A stretch of DNA of 64,000 nucleotides from Candidatus Latescibacterota bacterium (GTDB lineage Bacteria > Latescibacterota > UBA2968 > GCA-2709665), in contig CBDCOX010000002.1 in assembly GCA_965219995.1 (NCBI GenBank), forward strand, positions 3,584,001-3,648,000. Direction: 5' to 3'. The position numbers and the translations under genes were made by a program. This document shows, one piece after another, positions 40,001 through 49,036 of the stretch (positions within the stretch are counted from its first letter, which is position 1; the number at the start of each line of letters is the position of its first letter). The notes beneath the pieces are model-generated. The model had not been told where the DNA came from and searched no databases. It saw nothing but the letters and a program-made list of their open reading frames with translations.

Positions 40001-40495
40001 CAACCGAGTTTCCGGGCATCCCTGGTTGAGAGCCACAAGGGTCGACTCATCAATCTGCTCTGCAACGGCGGCTTTGAAGCCGGCATCGTGGAGTACCCGC
40101 CCCGATACTGGAACGTGCAGCACCCCCGCACGCACGATCCCGGCTGGCCCGGGTGGAGTACGGAGGATGCCGCGGAAGGGGGCGCCTGTCTGAAGTTCAC
40201 GAGGCCCAGGGACCCCATCTCGCTCAGGAGCCGCCCCATGCGCCTGCGCACGCCCGGTCGCTACGTCCTGCGGTTCAAGGCCCGGGGTTCCGCCACCCAC
40301 GCGCGGGTGTCCGTGTCGGGACAGCAGGGAACTCATCTCATGGTTCCGGTTCAACCTTGCGAGACGTGGGCGGAATACCGGGAGGAACTGGACGTCCGAC
40401 AGGGCTATGCAACCGTATCCGTTTCGTTCGATAGAGGAGGGGAACCGGATCAGGTCCTGTGGGTGGACGATATGGAGTTTGGATATATTGCATAA
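37073..40495 (+). CDS. DUF4962 / heparinase II/III-like polysaccharide lyase with C-terminal CBM-like domain
   Basis: QNPPALIW N-terminus; HPRIF; DGGYTEG..YG; SHAHQDQNGFVL..GGE.LACDAGY..TQAHNSILVDG; C-terminal NGGFE..RYVLRFKARG..LWVDD jelly-roll. Confidence 0.8.
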   Translation: MGFAVDTSPPPDRHPPITPADGSAAIQNPPALIWRADDRAATYIVEICRNSGFRGEVIRSAGIDMPFHNPSIELDSGTWYWRTFAITSGGEQSRPGPVRSFHITSESVPLPVPPTERILDTMPDHPRIFVTPDTLEEFRARRHGPAREAWRHLKHRADALIQSEPPRLNLQSVPPDLGERRGQVFHLKDDRVTFPANCQIAELKRGADYANALSFAYLISGDEKYAAAARRWMAFLSHLRVDIHLQDRGQHDTVVYCYEFGLKGTALAYDRLYALLEPEERAPVLAHIEFHCEAAYAWLRDGLQIHLNYQNSHGQQCMHALLPTVLAIATESDSTREWADYLIRQYVNRIAWGSVDGGYTEGQKYGHKIQFILEALAALRSSTGLDVFREPRWRNSGAFWLYCMSLNYWWNHWGDCYSLIDPNFGSDADTYVSAFLSAMTGDPAVKWWSDTRVCNPVHLPLQYLSDSGVPSRPPVDIAQARLFPEVGQLAAFDRFYDHGSSRIFFRSSPWGDHSHAHQDQNGFVLHAGGEILACDAGYYTYSGDTYHSRWSRTTQAHNSILVDGESQRRGIAHKGRVTTFINTPDACLFTGDASGAYGELLERFHRHVLFIRPDVFVVCDDLEASEPREYAWTLNTFERADINESGQCMTVRQRDQRLLVRHLAGAPLKYTQNNDRPFPLKTRDWCRFTEAFPQQWNIRVTTERSKTARIISVLHTYKKPGGPGLDDIRRVETAGGEGVRFRAGSASECVLFRFESYGAIEGAGIRSDARIVNVRRRGNRIQRWLLYGGKRLSLEGKDLLLADAACDAAASYNIRSAHAQIHVRHPEAARLAIRLPHAPRAVVASPPDRPGSAKPIDFTWRESMVEVELDDAGESVLWIDPVTDLAALPRPLRMKLNDGAGEHSQSLEAAVADDGDTIAFAEISPREPGIYEFIAEDAELLVQDRWDPDSSARGQGRVTACLREGTEIFVRYAPDRQPSFRASLVESHKGRLINLLCNGGFEAGIVEYPPRYWNVQHPRTHDPGWPGWSTEDAAEGGACLKFTRPRDPISLRSRPMRLRTPGRYVLRFKARGSATHARVSVSGQQGTHLMVPVQPCETWAEYREELDVRQGYATVSVSFDRGGEPDQVLWVDDMEFGYIA

Positions 40496-40575
40496 AGAAA
40501 AAATGCTGCCGGCTCCTCGAAAGGGTTCCGGTCCGGTCCGGTGCAGACCCACGACATCACGGACGGAGGTGAATT

Positions 40576-41325
40576 TTGGACTCGCCAGTTCTTTTTGAAA
40601 TCTGCGTCGGTTCTCCGCAAGGCGCTGTCGCGGCGCAGGAGGGCGGCGCCCATCGCGTTGAACTGTGCGACAACCTGCTCGAAGGGGGCACCACGCCCAG
40701 CGCGGGCGCCATTCAGGTTGCCCGCAGGCATTTGGACATAGGTCTCAACGTGATCGTACGGCCGAGAGGTGGCGATTTCTGCTATTCCGACGTGGAGTTC
40801 GAAACGATGGCGCGGGACGTCGAAGCGGCCGCCGAGTCAGGCGCGGACGGAATCGTGATCGGACTCCTGAATCCGGACGGATCGGTCGACGCGGCGCGTA
40901 CGGGCGCCCTGATCGAGCGAATTCGCCCGCTTCCGGTGACGTTCCACCGCGCGTTCGACATGACCGCCGACCCCTATCGGGCGCTGGAGGACCTGATTTC
41001 CCTCGGCGTGGACAGGGTACTCACTTCGGGGCAGGAAATTTCGGCGCTGGAAGGGATCGATCTGATCGCGGAACTGATTGATCGGGCAGCCGGCCGGATC
41101 GTGGTTATGCCGGGAGGCGGAATCACGGAACGCAACGTCGCCAGGGTCGCGGCGGGCACCGGCGCCCGTGAAATCCACGTTGCGGCCGTGAGCAGCGTAG
41201 CCAGCCGGATGACGTTCCGCAACCCCAACGCCTTTATGGGCGGCGAGTTGCGCCCCCCTGAATTCTCGCATTCGCTCACGGATTCCAACCGCGTCAGGGC
41301 CTTTTTAGACGCGGTGGGGGTCTGA
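40576..41325 (+). CDS. cutC: Copper homeostasis protein CutC
   Basis: EICV..GGAHRVELC..EGGTTPS..VRPRGGDF..TFHRAFD..RVLTSG..MPGGG. Confidence 0.93.
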   Translation: MDSPVLFEICVGSPQGAVAAQEGGAHRVELCDNLLEGGTTPSAGAIQVARRHLDIGLNVIVRPRGGDFCYSDVEFETMARDVEAAAESGADGIVIGLLNPDGSVDAARTGALIERIRPLPVTFHRAFDMTADPYRALEDLISLGVDRVLTSGQEISALEGIDLIAELIDRAAGRIVVMPGGGITERNVARVAAGTGAREIHVAAVSSVASRMTFRNPNAFMGGELRPPEFSHSLTDSNRVRAFLDAVGV

Positions 41326-41413
41326 TTCGGACCGGCCGTCGCGTTATTTCTTCCAAATCCTGTTTTCATGAATATTCGACCGCCAACCTTCATGCCATTG
41401 AGGAGACCTCACC

Positions 41414-42040
41414 ATGCGCATCATCGCCATCGGCTGTGAATACACCGGAAAGACAACCCTTTTCGACGCCCTCATGCAATGGGGGCGCGACCGGGGCATC
41501 GTCCATCACCTGGACGATCACTTCAGCATTCCGGACTGCCAGATGCTCAAGACCGAAGGCGACCAGCGGATCATGCTGGGTCTGCCCGAAGCCATCAAGG
41601 AACGCTACCAGCGCTTCCAGCTTGCCTACCACGTCCGGCTGATCAACAAGTACGAACATATTCTGCTGGGCGGGTTTCACATCGAGGAGTACATCTACGG
41701 TCCCAGGTACTATTACCCCGCTGTCGGCAGACTCTCGGAAACGCCGAGGGCCTGGGAAGCCGAAATGCCGAAGGACACGATTCTGGTCCATCTCAAAGCC
41801 CGGGCCGACGTCGTCAAAAAACGCATGGAGGAAGACCGCCATACCTATCACATCGTCCCGAAGGAGGACGTCGAGCAGATCCTGGACGAATTCCAGGCGG
41901 AGTACGCCGCCTGCTGGATCATGCGCAAATTCGAAATCGACACGTCCGACCTCACGCCGGAAGGTCTTCTCCAGGCATTCCTGGACGGGTCCGTCCCCTT
42001 TCTCAACGAGCGGGATACGCTCACGCGGATGAACACGTAA
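41414..42040 (+). CDS. P-loop NMP-kinase-like protein
   Basis: N-terminal IIAIGCEYTGKTT Walker A; ILVHLKA..R; EIDTS. Confidence 0.7.
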   Translation: MRIIAIGCEYTGKTTLFDALMQWGRDRGIVHHLDDHFSIPDCQMLKTEGDQRIMLGLPEAIKERYQRFQLAYHVRLINKYEHILLGGFHIEEYIYGPRYYYPAVGRLSETPRAWEAEMPKDTILVHLKARADVVKKRMEEDRHTYHIVPKEDVEQILDEFQAEYAACWIMRKFEIDTSDLTPEGLLQAFLDGSVPFLNERDTLTRMNT

Positions 42041-42092
42041 ACCGGAAGCGGTATCATCAAGGAAAAGGCCACTTCATAACGAAGAGGATTCA

Positions 42093-42935
42093 ATGTTACC
42101 CGATCTGCAGAACCGCGAGGACGGCCGCGGCATCGACATCGATCAGGTGGGCGTCTCAAACGTGCGCTTTCCCCTGACGCTACCCCTTCGCGCCGGGGGA
42201 GAATTCAATACAGTTGCGAATCTGTCAATGACGGTGAGTCTTCCGCATTATCTTAAGGGCACCCATATGTCGAGATTCATGATTGCCCTTAACGAGCGCA
42301 ACCATCAGTTCAGACCCGACACGGTTCACGTGGTGCTGGAGGCGCTTCTTGGGCTGCTTGATGCAGAAGAAGCCTTCATCGAGATGGAGTTTCCTATCTT
42401 CTTGACGCGGCGGGCTCCGGTGACCGGTAAACCGGGCATGATGGACTACAATTGTATTTTCCGCGGCATGATGTCAAGAACCGGCACCTTCGACAAAATC
42501 GTCGGGGTTAAGGTGAACGTGACGACACTCTGCCCATGCAGCAAGGAAATCAGCGACTACGGCGCCCACAACCAGCGCGCCGAAATCGCAATCGATGTTC
42601 GTCCCGCTCGCGACGAGTTTATCTGGTTCGAAGACCTGATCGATATCGCCGAGAAGAACGCTTCGTGCAGACTCTATCCCGTCCTCAAGCGGCCGGACGA
42701 AAAGGCGGTGACCGAAAGGGCGTATGACAATCCGCGATTTGTCGAAGATATGGTCAGGGAAATCGGGATGGACCTGTTTGAGCTTCTCGATGCGGACAGG
42801 CTCCTCTGGTTCGACATTGCCAGCCGAAATGACGAGAGCATACACAACCACGACGCCTTCGCCAGGATTGAACGCGGGGTACGCGGTCCCCTTCTGAATC
42901 CAGGAGAAGAAGCTGAGGTCGCGACCACTTCGTAA
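42093..42935 (+). CDS. folE2: GTP cyclohydrolase I type IB
   Basis: LPDLQ, KGTHMSRF, TLCPCSKEIS..GAHNQR, LKRPDEK, NPRFVED, ESIHNHDA. Confidence 0.95.
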   Translation: MLPDLQNREDGRGIDIDQVGVSNVRFPLTLPLRAGGEFNTVANLSMTVSLPHYLKGTHMSRFMIALNERNHQFRPDTVHVVLEALLGLLDAEEAFIEMEFPIFLTRRAPVTGKPGMMDYNCIFRGMMSRTGTFDKIVGVKVNVTTLCPCSKEISDYGAHNQRAEIAIDVRPARDEFIWFEDLIDIAEKNASCRLYPVLKRPDEKAVTERAYDNPRFVEDMVREIGMDLFELLDADRLLWFDIASRNDESIHNHDAFARIERGVRGPLLNPGEEAEVATTS

Positions 42936-43268
42936 CAGGAGAAAGGCTGAGCGAGTGTCACGAAGTGTATCTGCGTGGATCTGGCGATCGACTGGAGCCG
43001 GAACGCCGCGTGACACGAATCTACTGGCGCTGCAATTGAGACTTCCCGCATTCCTTGACACTGCATGGGGGTTTGCGTAATTTTGACGATTGCGCGATCT
43101 GTATTGTTTGCGCTGGTCGGTTGGGCTCCGAGTGTCCAATCCTGAAGTACGAGATTTGCATGCCTTTGGGCATCGCCTGGTCGTTCGCCATTGGCTTTAA
43201 TTGCTATTGATGTTGGTGCTAAAAAAGGCGCATGTCGTATATTCCTCGCAACCGGAGGAGGCCGAAAG

Positions 43269-43493
43269 ATGAACAATCGCATTGTCATTGACCCCGCCAT
43301 TCGTCATGGCAAACCGGTGATCAAGGGAACGAGAGTACCTGTACATCGGGTAATCGGGAGTCTCGCGGGCGGGTCTGATCCCGGCGAGGTCTGTGAGGAA
43401 TATGCTATTTCAGACGAAGACCTGAGAGCAGCGCTTGCCTATGCCGAGGAGTTGATCGAGCACGAAGAGACACATTCTCTACCACGGTCCTGA
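43269..43493 (+). CDS. DUF433 family antitoxin
   Basis: RIVIDPAIRHGKPVIKGTRVPV..LAGG..EEY..EDLRAALAYA. Confidence 0.92.
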   Translation: MNNRIVIDPAIRHGKPVIKGTRVPVHRVIGSLAGGSDPGEVCEEYAISDEDLRAALAYAEELIEHEETHSLPRS

Positions 43494-43498
43494 TCGAC

Positions 43499-43861
43499 GT
43501 GCGATTTGTTGTTGATGCGGATCTTCCGCGATCTCTTTCTCAAGTGATTGCCGAGTACGGTCACGAAGCAGTGGATGTGCGTGATATTGGCATGATGAGC
43601 GCGAGCGATGACGAGATCGTCCAATACGCACGCAATGAGAGACTTTGCTTGTTGAGTGCCGATCTTGGGTTTGCCGACGTTCGCCGCTATCTTCCGTCGA
43701 AGTATCACGGCATCGTGGTCATGCGATTGCCTCGGCACGCGACGTCGTCATTCATTGAGCGCCTTTTATCTTCTTTCCTTGGTCAATTGGATACCTTCCC
43801 TGAACTTCGTGGGAAGTTAGCGATTGTAGATTCGGGGCGAGTACGGATTCGCGCCAGATAA
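43499..43861 (+). CDS. DUF5615 / Mut7-C-like PIN domain toxin
   Basis: MRFVVDADLP..GHEAVDV..DDEI..LLSADLGF..GIVVMR; immediately follows DUF433. Confidence 0.88.
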   Translation: MRFVVDADLPRSLSQVIAEYGHEAVDVRDIGMMSASDDEIVQYARNERLCLLSADLGFADVRRYLPSKYHGIVVMRLPRHATSSFIERLLSSFLGQLDTFPELRGKLAIVDSGRVRIRAR

Positions 43862-43959
43862 GTCCATTCAAGCGATGTTCCTCGCCTACCTCAATTGCAA
43901 ACCCATGTTAAGCTGCTTACCCACATTGGATCTGGGAAACTTGATATTGGTGCGAAAAA

Positions 43960-44199
43960 ATGGCGAAAACATCTATATCGAAAGAAATCCTTGAGGAAGT
44001 TCACAAGTTGGATGCGCCAAAACAGGAACGCGTGCTGGAATTCGCACGTTCGTTGGCGAATGAGCAACCGCCAGGTCTACCGGGGAAACACCTGCTAAGG
44101 TTTGCTGGAATAATCGACCGGGATGACCTGAGGGAAATAGCCCGCGCAATTGAAAATGGTTGCGAACGTGTGGGTTATAGTGAACGACATATGAGATAG
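43960..44199 (+). CDS. Small DUF2281-like protein (putative orphan antitoxin)
   Basis: EILEEVHKL..QERVLEFARSL..GLPGKHLLRFAG..REIARAIENGCE. Confidence 0.6.
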   Translation: MAKTSISKEILEEVHKLDAPKQERVLEFARSLANEQPPGLPGKHLLRFAGIIDRDDLREIARAIENGCERVGYSERHMR

Positions 44200-44514
44200 A
44201 TCCCATAATTATCACAAGTTGGTAGAACTGAAATACTCGTTTGTAGCATATAAGGTGGATTATTCACGAAATCCCATGGTTTAGATGTATAACGGGTTGT
44301 TTTTCAATAAATTCAGCGAAGTTTTATGCGACAGTATTTCATGAACTACGAAATTGATTGGTCAGGGTGATGTTTCGTTGCCCACGGAGGTAAGGATCCA
44401 TCGGTTTGGCCCGGAATCGTGAGCATTTGTCCTGCTCTTGGTCTTTATCCTGTTCATCCTGTCCATCCGTGTAAGTTCATGTTTAGTGAGTTATCCAGGA
44501 AAAAGGAACCGCCT

Positions 44515-45810
44515 GTGGATCTGAGACGCCAGCCCCCACGCCGCCCGTCAAACGCCTCCATTGCCGGAATCGTCAACCTCGCGCGAATGGCAGATAAGGC
44601 ACGCGCGTACAACCGGCGGACGTTGGGTGAATTCCTGTACGGCGACGATTCGGGCCTGGACAAGATCCTGCTGGATTTTCTGGGCGTCTCGCACGACGGC
44701 TTTGCCGATGCCGCGGGAAGATATGGCGATTCGGATCTGGGTCAATGGATACGGGAAGCTTCGGATCGTACGGACGATGAAATCGATGCATTCAATCGGC
44801 ATCACCTCCAGCGCGAACCCGACGACGATGCCGGCAGACAGCGCCTCAGAGACCGGATCGAACAGTTCGCACCCGGACGTACGGATATCGTGACCGTATT
44901 CCAGTCCATCGAGCTGGACGACTGGGCGAACTTCCGGGAGATCGATCTGGGGCAAAGGGCGCCGAGGTCACCCTACGTGCGGGACGTCGCGGGCGTGTTC
45001 GGCCTGGCCCGGATGACGGACAAGGCCCGCGCGGACAAGGGCGGTCGGCTGGGCGAGTATATCTACAACTGCCCCATCGACCAGGCGATTACGGACTTTC
45101 TCGGATTTTCGGCGGAGGACTTCAAGGAAGCCGCGTACCTCAATCCGAATGACCTGGAACTCGGGGACTGGGTCCGGGAGCACACCGGCGCACACTCCGG
45201 TGAGATTTCCGAATTCAACCATCGCATTTCCGGAAAGGGCCCGGAGAACGACAAAGAATGCGCGATCTTCAAGAAGGCGCTCGCGAACGCCGCGCCGGAA
45301 CGGACCGACATCACCACGTGGTTCGACCTGCTCGACGTGGATGACGAAGTGTCTTTCGGCGTTGTGGATCTGACGCGCCACCCCCCGAGAAGCCCGTACG
45401 ACGTTTCCGCGGGCGGGCTCTTCGGCCTGGCCCGGATGATCGACAAGGGCAGGGCGGCCATCCACGGGTTGCTGGGGGAGTACAAGTACGCGGAAGAGTC
45501 CGGCCTGGACAAGAAGATCGCGGAGTTTTGCGGGTTCTCCGTCAGCGACTTTACCGATCTCATCAGGGCGGGCCGTACCGACGAAGAGATATGCGCCTGG
45601 CTTGACGAACACTACCGCAAATCCGGCTCTGAAATCAGCGAATTCAACCGCGATATCGGTACGATCGAACCCTGGAACGAAAAGCGGCTGGACTGGTTCC
45701 GGGGAAGAGTCACGGATCTGGATCCGTCCAGAACGGATGTCACGACCTATTTGGCCCTCATCGTACTGGACGATACCGTCAACTTCGCCCGCCTCAAGAC
45801 GGGGGTCTGA
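44515..45810 (+). CDS. Protein with three tandem DUF5069-like domains
   Basis: Three PR..G..LARMxDKxRA..LGExxY..D..F.G repeats; GTG start after AAGGA. Confidence 0.78.
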   Translation: MDLRRQPPRRPSNASIAGIVNLARMADKARAYNRRTLGEFLYGDDSGLDKILLDFLGVSHDGFADAAGRYGDSDLGQWIREASDRTDDEIDAFNRHHLQREPDDDAGRQRLRDRIEQFAPGRTDIVTVFQSIELDDWANFREIDLGQRAPRSPYVRDVAGVFGLARMTDKARADKGGRLGEYIYNCPIDQAITDFLGFSAEDFKEAAYLNPNDLELGDWVREHTGAHSGEISEFNHRISGKGPENDKECAIFKKALANAAPERTDITTWFDLLDVDDEVSFGVVDLTRHPPRSPYDVSAGGLFGLARMIDKGRAAIHGLLGEYKYAEESGLDKKIAEFCGFSVSDFTDLIRAGRTDEEICAWLDEHYRKSGSEISEFNRDIGTIEPWNEKRLDWFRGRVTDLDPSRTDVTTYLALIVLDDTVNFARLKTGV

Positions 45811-45870
45811 ATCCGGACCATCCATGGACGTTCCGTTTTCTGAATGAAAAACGCGAGAAGGAGAATCAGT

Positions 45871-46623
45871 ATGCCCAACCAGGAAGTCGCGGTGGCCAAA
45901 TTCACCCGCAGAGAATTCCGGGAAGCCCTGGACGCCGGAAAGTTCGGAACCGCCATCATTCCAACGGGGAGCAATGAACAGCACCTCGAGCACCTGGCCA
46001 TGGAATACGACATCCGCGCGGCGACCTACGTGGCCACCGAAGCCGCCAGAAGGCTCTACCCCAGTGTTGTCGTGAACGTCCCTATGGCGGTCGGCATCTC
46101 CGAACATCACATGATCCATAAGGGAACCGTCACCGCCAAACCCGGCAGTTGGCTGGCAGTACTCTTCGACGCTGTCGAGAGCCTGGTTCGCCACGGTGTC
46201 AATAACGTGCTGATTCTCAATGGACACGGGGGCAACGAAGCTCCCATGATGGGCATCCTCCGGCAGTGGCAGCTGTTCTTTCAGCTCACCGCCCCGGAAG
46301 CCAATGTGCAGTTTCATTCCTACTGGAACCTGAGTCGTGAAATTGCCGAGCGGCACTGTACGAGCCGGGTGCCCGGCCACGCGGGCGAATACGAAACCGC
46401 CATGGCCATGGTCATCTGCCCGGAGAACATCCGGCACGATGCCATGCAGGACCAGGAAAACAAGGAGCCGATGAAAGCCACGGAAGAACTGGGAAGGGTT
46501 CTGGTGGATGCCGCGGTTCAGAAAACCGTCGAACACCTGAAGGGAATGATCGACGCCACGAACCGCGAGATACAACCTCACGTCTATTCCAGGGAAATGC
46601 ACGCCGAACAGGCGAAGAAATAG
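45871..46623 (+). CDS. Creatininase family amidohydrolase
   Basis: PTGSNEQH..HL..D, GISEHH, NGHGGN, GHAGEYET. Confidence 0.9.
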   Translation: MPNQEVAVAKFTRREFREALDAGKFGTAIIPTGSNEQHLEHLAMEYDIRAATYVATEAARRLYPSVVVNVPMAVGISEHHMIHKGTVTAKPGSWLAVLFDAVESLVRHGVNNVLILNGHGGNEAPMMGILRQWQLFFQLTAPEANVQFHSYWNLSREIAERHCTSRVPGHAGEYETAMAMVICPENIRHDAMQDQENKEPMKATEELGRVLVDAAVQKTVEHLKGMIDATNREIQPHVYSREMHAEQAKK

Positions 46624-46658
46624 CCTTCGGACGATTGAAATACCTGAAAGGACGAGTC

Positions 46659-47900
46659 ATGACCGTCGAACGGGCCAGATACGGCGCCGATGCCGCCGCG
46701 GGGTTGGCCGGCACGCTGCCCCAGCCCTTTCCGCGCACCATTGGACCCAACGCAATGACCTACCTCCAGGAGGTGGTCGACTCGGGTCTGACGTGCAACA
46801 TGATCGGGCGATTCGAGGACGCATTCGCCGAAGAGATGGGCGTGAAGCACTGCATCGCCACGCCGGGTTGCACGCCGGCACTCGCCGTTCTGGCCTGCGC
46901 ATTGTCGTTTGATCCGGGGGACGAGATCATTGTCAGTTCGGTCACGGACTACGGTACCGTGCAGGGGCTGATCAGAGAGAATTATATCCCGGTCTTCGCG
47001 GACACCGATACCGGGACGCTGGTCAGCAGCGCGGAAACGATAGAACCCTGTATCACGGATCGCACGCGCGCGATTCTGGTTGTGCACATGACCGGAACGA
47101 TCTGCGATATGGACCCCATTGTCGAACTCGCCGGCAAACACGGTCTCGTCGTCTATGAAGACGTCTGCCAGGCCGTCTTCGGAGAATACAAGGGACGGTT
47201 GGCGGGGGCCCTGTCCGATGCGGGCGCCTTTTCCTTCGACTCTGAAAAAACCATGGGCTCGGACGTTGGCGGTTGCATCGTAACCAACGACGACGACCTG
47301 GCCGAACGGATGCGATTCATCGGGCACAGCCGCGGCGGCCAGATGCTCGAGGGGTTTGGGCGGCAGCACGTGGTGCCCGGGTTTGCCCACCGCATGCCCC
47401 AGTGCACCGCCGCCATCTCCCTGGCGCAGCTCGAGATCATTCGTCCCAACGTGGAGCAGCGCGACCGGATGGTCCGCCTGCTCACGGAAAGACTGGAGGA
47501 AATCCCGGGCATTACCCCGCTACCGATCCCGGATTACATGGACGTCTACTCATGCTGGATGACCGGCTTCAGCGTCGACCCCGACGCGTTCACCTGTACC
47601 CCGGATGAATTCGCGCAACAGGTCGCGGACGGGGGAATTCCCGGTACGGGGACGGGACGCTATTACCTGATGCCCCCGGCTTTGCCATTCCTTGCCGAGA
47701 AAGCGGAACAGAAGCTGTATCCCTATTCCATGCCCCCCGCTTCCAGGTCCTATTCGTACCGCGGGGATACATGCCCGAATGCAAGGCGCTTTCTGGAGTC
47801 CTTCGTCCGCTGGACTTCGTTCTGCGAACGATATGAGCCCGAACACTGCGAGCTCGCCGCGCAGATCATCAGCGAAGTGGCCGATCGGAATCGCGCATAG
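46659..47900 (+). CDS. DegT/DnrJ/EryC1/StrS family PLP aminotransferase
   Basis: FEDAFAE, PVFAD, RAILVVHMTG, EDVCQA, FSFDSEKTM (Schiff-base Lys). Confidence 0.9.
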   Translation: MTVERARYGADAAAGLAGTLPQPFPRTIGPNAMTYLQEVVDSGLTCNMIGRFEDAFAEEMGVKHCIATPGCTPALAVLACALSFDPGDEIIVSSVTDYGTVQGLIRENYIPVFADTDTGTLVSSAETIEPCITDRTRAILVVHMTGTICDMDPIVELAGKHGLVVYEDVCQAVFGEYKGRLAGALSDAGAFSFDSEKTMGSDVGGCIVTNDDDLAERMRFIGHSRGGQMLEGFGRQHVVPGFAHRMPQCTAAISLAQLEIIRPNVEQRDRMVRLLTERLEEIPGITPLPIPDYMDVYSCWMTGFSVDPDAFTCTPDEFAQQVADGGIPGTGTGRYYLMPPALPFLAEKAEQKLYPYSMPPASRSYSYRGDTCPNARRFLESFVRWTSFCERYEPEHCELAAQIISEVADRNRA

Positions 47901-47930
47901 GCGCCGGGCGGCGGAGACGAGGAGGTCCGG

Positions 47931-48986
47931 ATGTCGGAAACACGCTATCGGGAAATCGAAGTCGCCGGTTCGCCGGTAGAGATGGGGCGACAGATCGGCG
48001 AGGCGGCCCGCAACGAAATTCGCGGCTTTGTGGATATCGCGCTCGAACGGGTTAACAAGAGCGTTACGGTATCGGTGGACAAAGCCATGTCCGTTGCCCG
48101 CGACTGCATCCCCTATGTGGAGCAATATGCGCCCCACCATCTGGAGGAGATGCGCGGCATGTCCGAATCCTCCGGCGTCTCGCTCGACGACCTCATGATG
48201 CTTCAGATCCGCAATCAGCTTCAGGCCGACGCGGACTCCGGCTGCACGTCCTTTTCGGTCGCCACGCCCGCCGGAAGGGGAAACATTGTGGGCCAGAACT
48301 GGGACAACGACCCGGCGCTGAACCCCTTTACCGTCGTCCTCACCCGCCGTCCGGAAGGCATGCCCGCTCTCCTGAATATCACCCAGGCCGGCATTATCGC
48401 TTACATCGGCCTGAACAGCGAAGGCATCGGCCTTTGCCTGAATACCCTGCCCGCGCCCTCCCGACTCCTGGGCGTGCCGCACTACTTCACCGTTCGCGGC
48501 ATTTACGAAACCCTGACCATGGAAGACGCCGTTCAGGCCGTGCGCCGGGCAAAGCGCGCCATCCCCGCCAACATCATCCTCGCGACGCCGCAGGGGCCGG
48601 CGGACCTGGAGGTTACCCTTGACAACGTGCACGTAATCCGGGACGACGGGGTGGGCCTGGTGACCCATACCAACCACTGCGAGCATCCGGAACTGGTGCA
48701 TAACAACGACGTCTTCCCTGAACTCATCCAGTCGGGCGGGCGCAAGATCCGAATCCAGAAGCTCTTCAGCGACATGGAACGTCCCTTTGCGATAAAGAGC
48801 CTGAAAGCCGCACTGAGCGATCATGATGACCACCCCACCTCCATCTGCCGCCATCCCAACGATCATCCCACGACCGGGTATTGGGCGACCGCGTTCTCCG
48901 TGATCATCGAAACCGATACCGGCCGCATGCACGTGAGCAAGAACAACCCCTGCCAGAACCCGTATGAGACCTATGCGCTGAACTGA
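47931..48986 (+). CDS. Peptidase C45 / Ntn hydrolase (acyl-CoA:6-APA acyltransferase-like)
   Basis: GSPVEMGRQIG, SGCTS autoprocessing site, GQNWD, GLNSEG, THTNH. Confidence 0.88.
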   Translation: MSETRYREIEVAGSPVEMGRQIGEAARNEIRGFVDIALERVNKSVTVSVDKAMSVARDCIPYVEQYAPHHLEEMRGMSESSGVSLDDLMMLQIRNQLQADADSGCTSFSVATPAGRGNIVGQNWDNDPALNPFTVVLTRRPEGMPALLNITQAGIIAYIGLNSEGIGLCLNTLPAPSRLLGVPHYFTVRGIYETLTMEDAVQAVRRAKRAIPANIILATPQGPADLEVTLDNVHVIRDDGVGLVTHTNHCEHPELVHNNDVFPELIQSGGRKIRIQKLFSDMERPFAIKSLKAALSDHDDHPTSICRHPNDHPTTGYWATAFSVIIETDTGRMHVSKNNPCQNPYETYALN

Positions 48987-49036
48987 TCGGCACCGCGCCG
49001 GATCGTCTCGCGCCCGGTCTTCCGGGAACCCCGTCC

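Noticed and set aside
44446-44473. ATCCTGTTCATCCTGTCCATCC short repeat before the DUF5069 gene
   Set aside because: Single occurrence here; possibly a dispersed repeat family, but this cannot be shown from this window.
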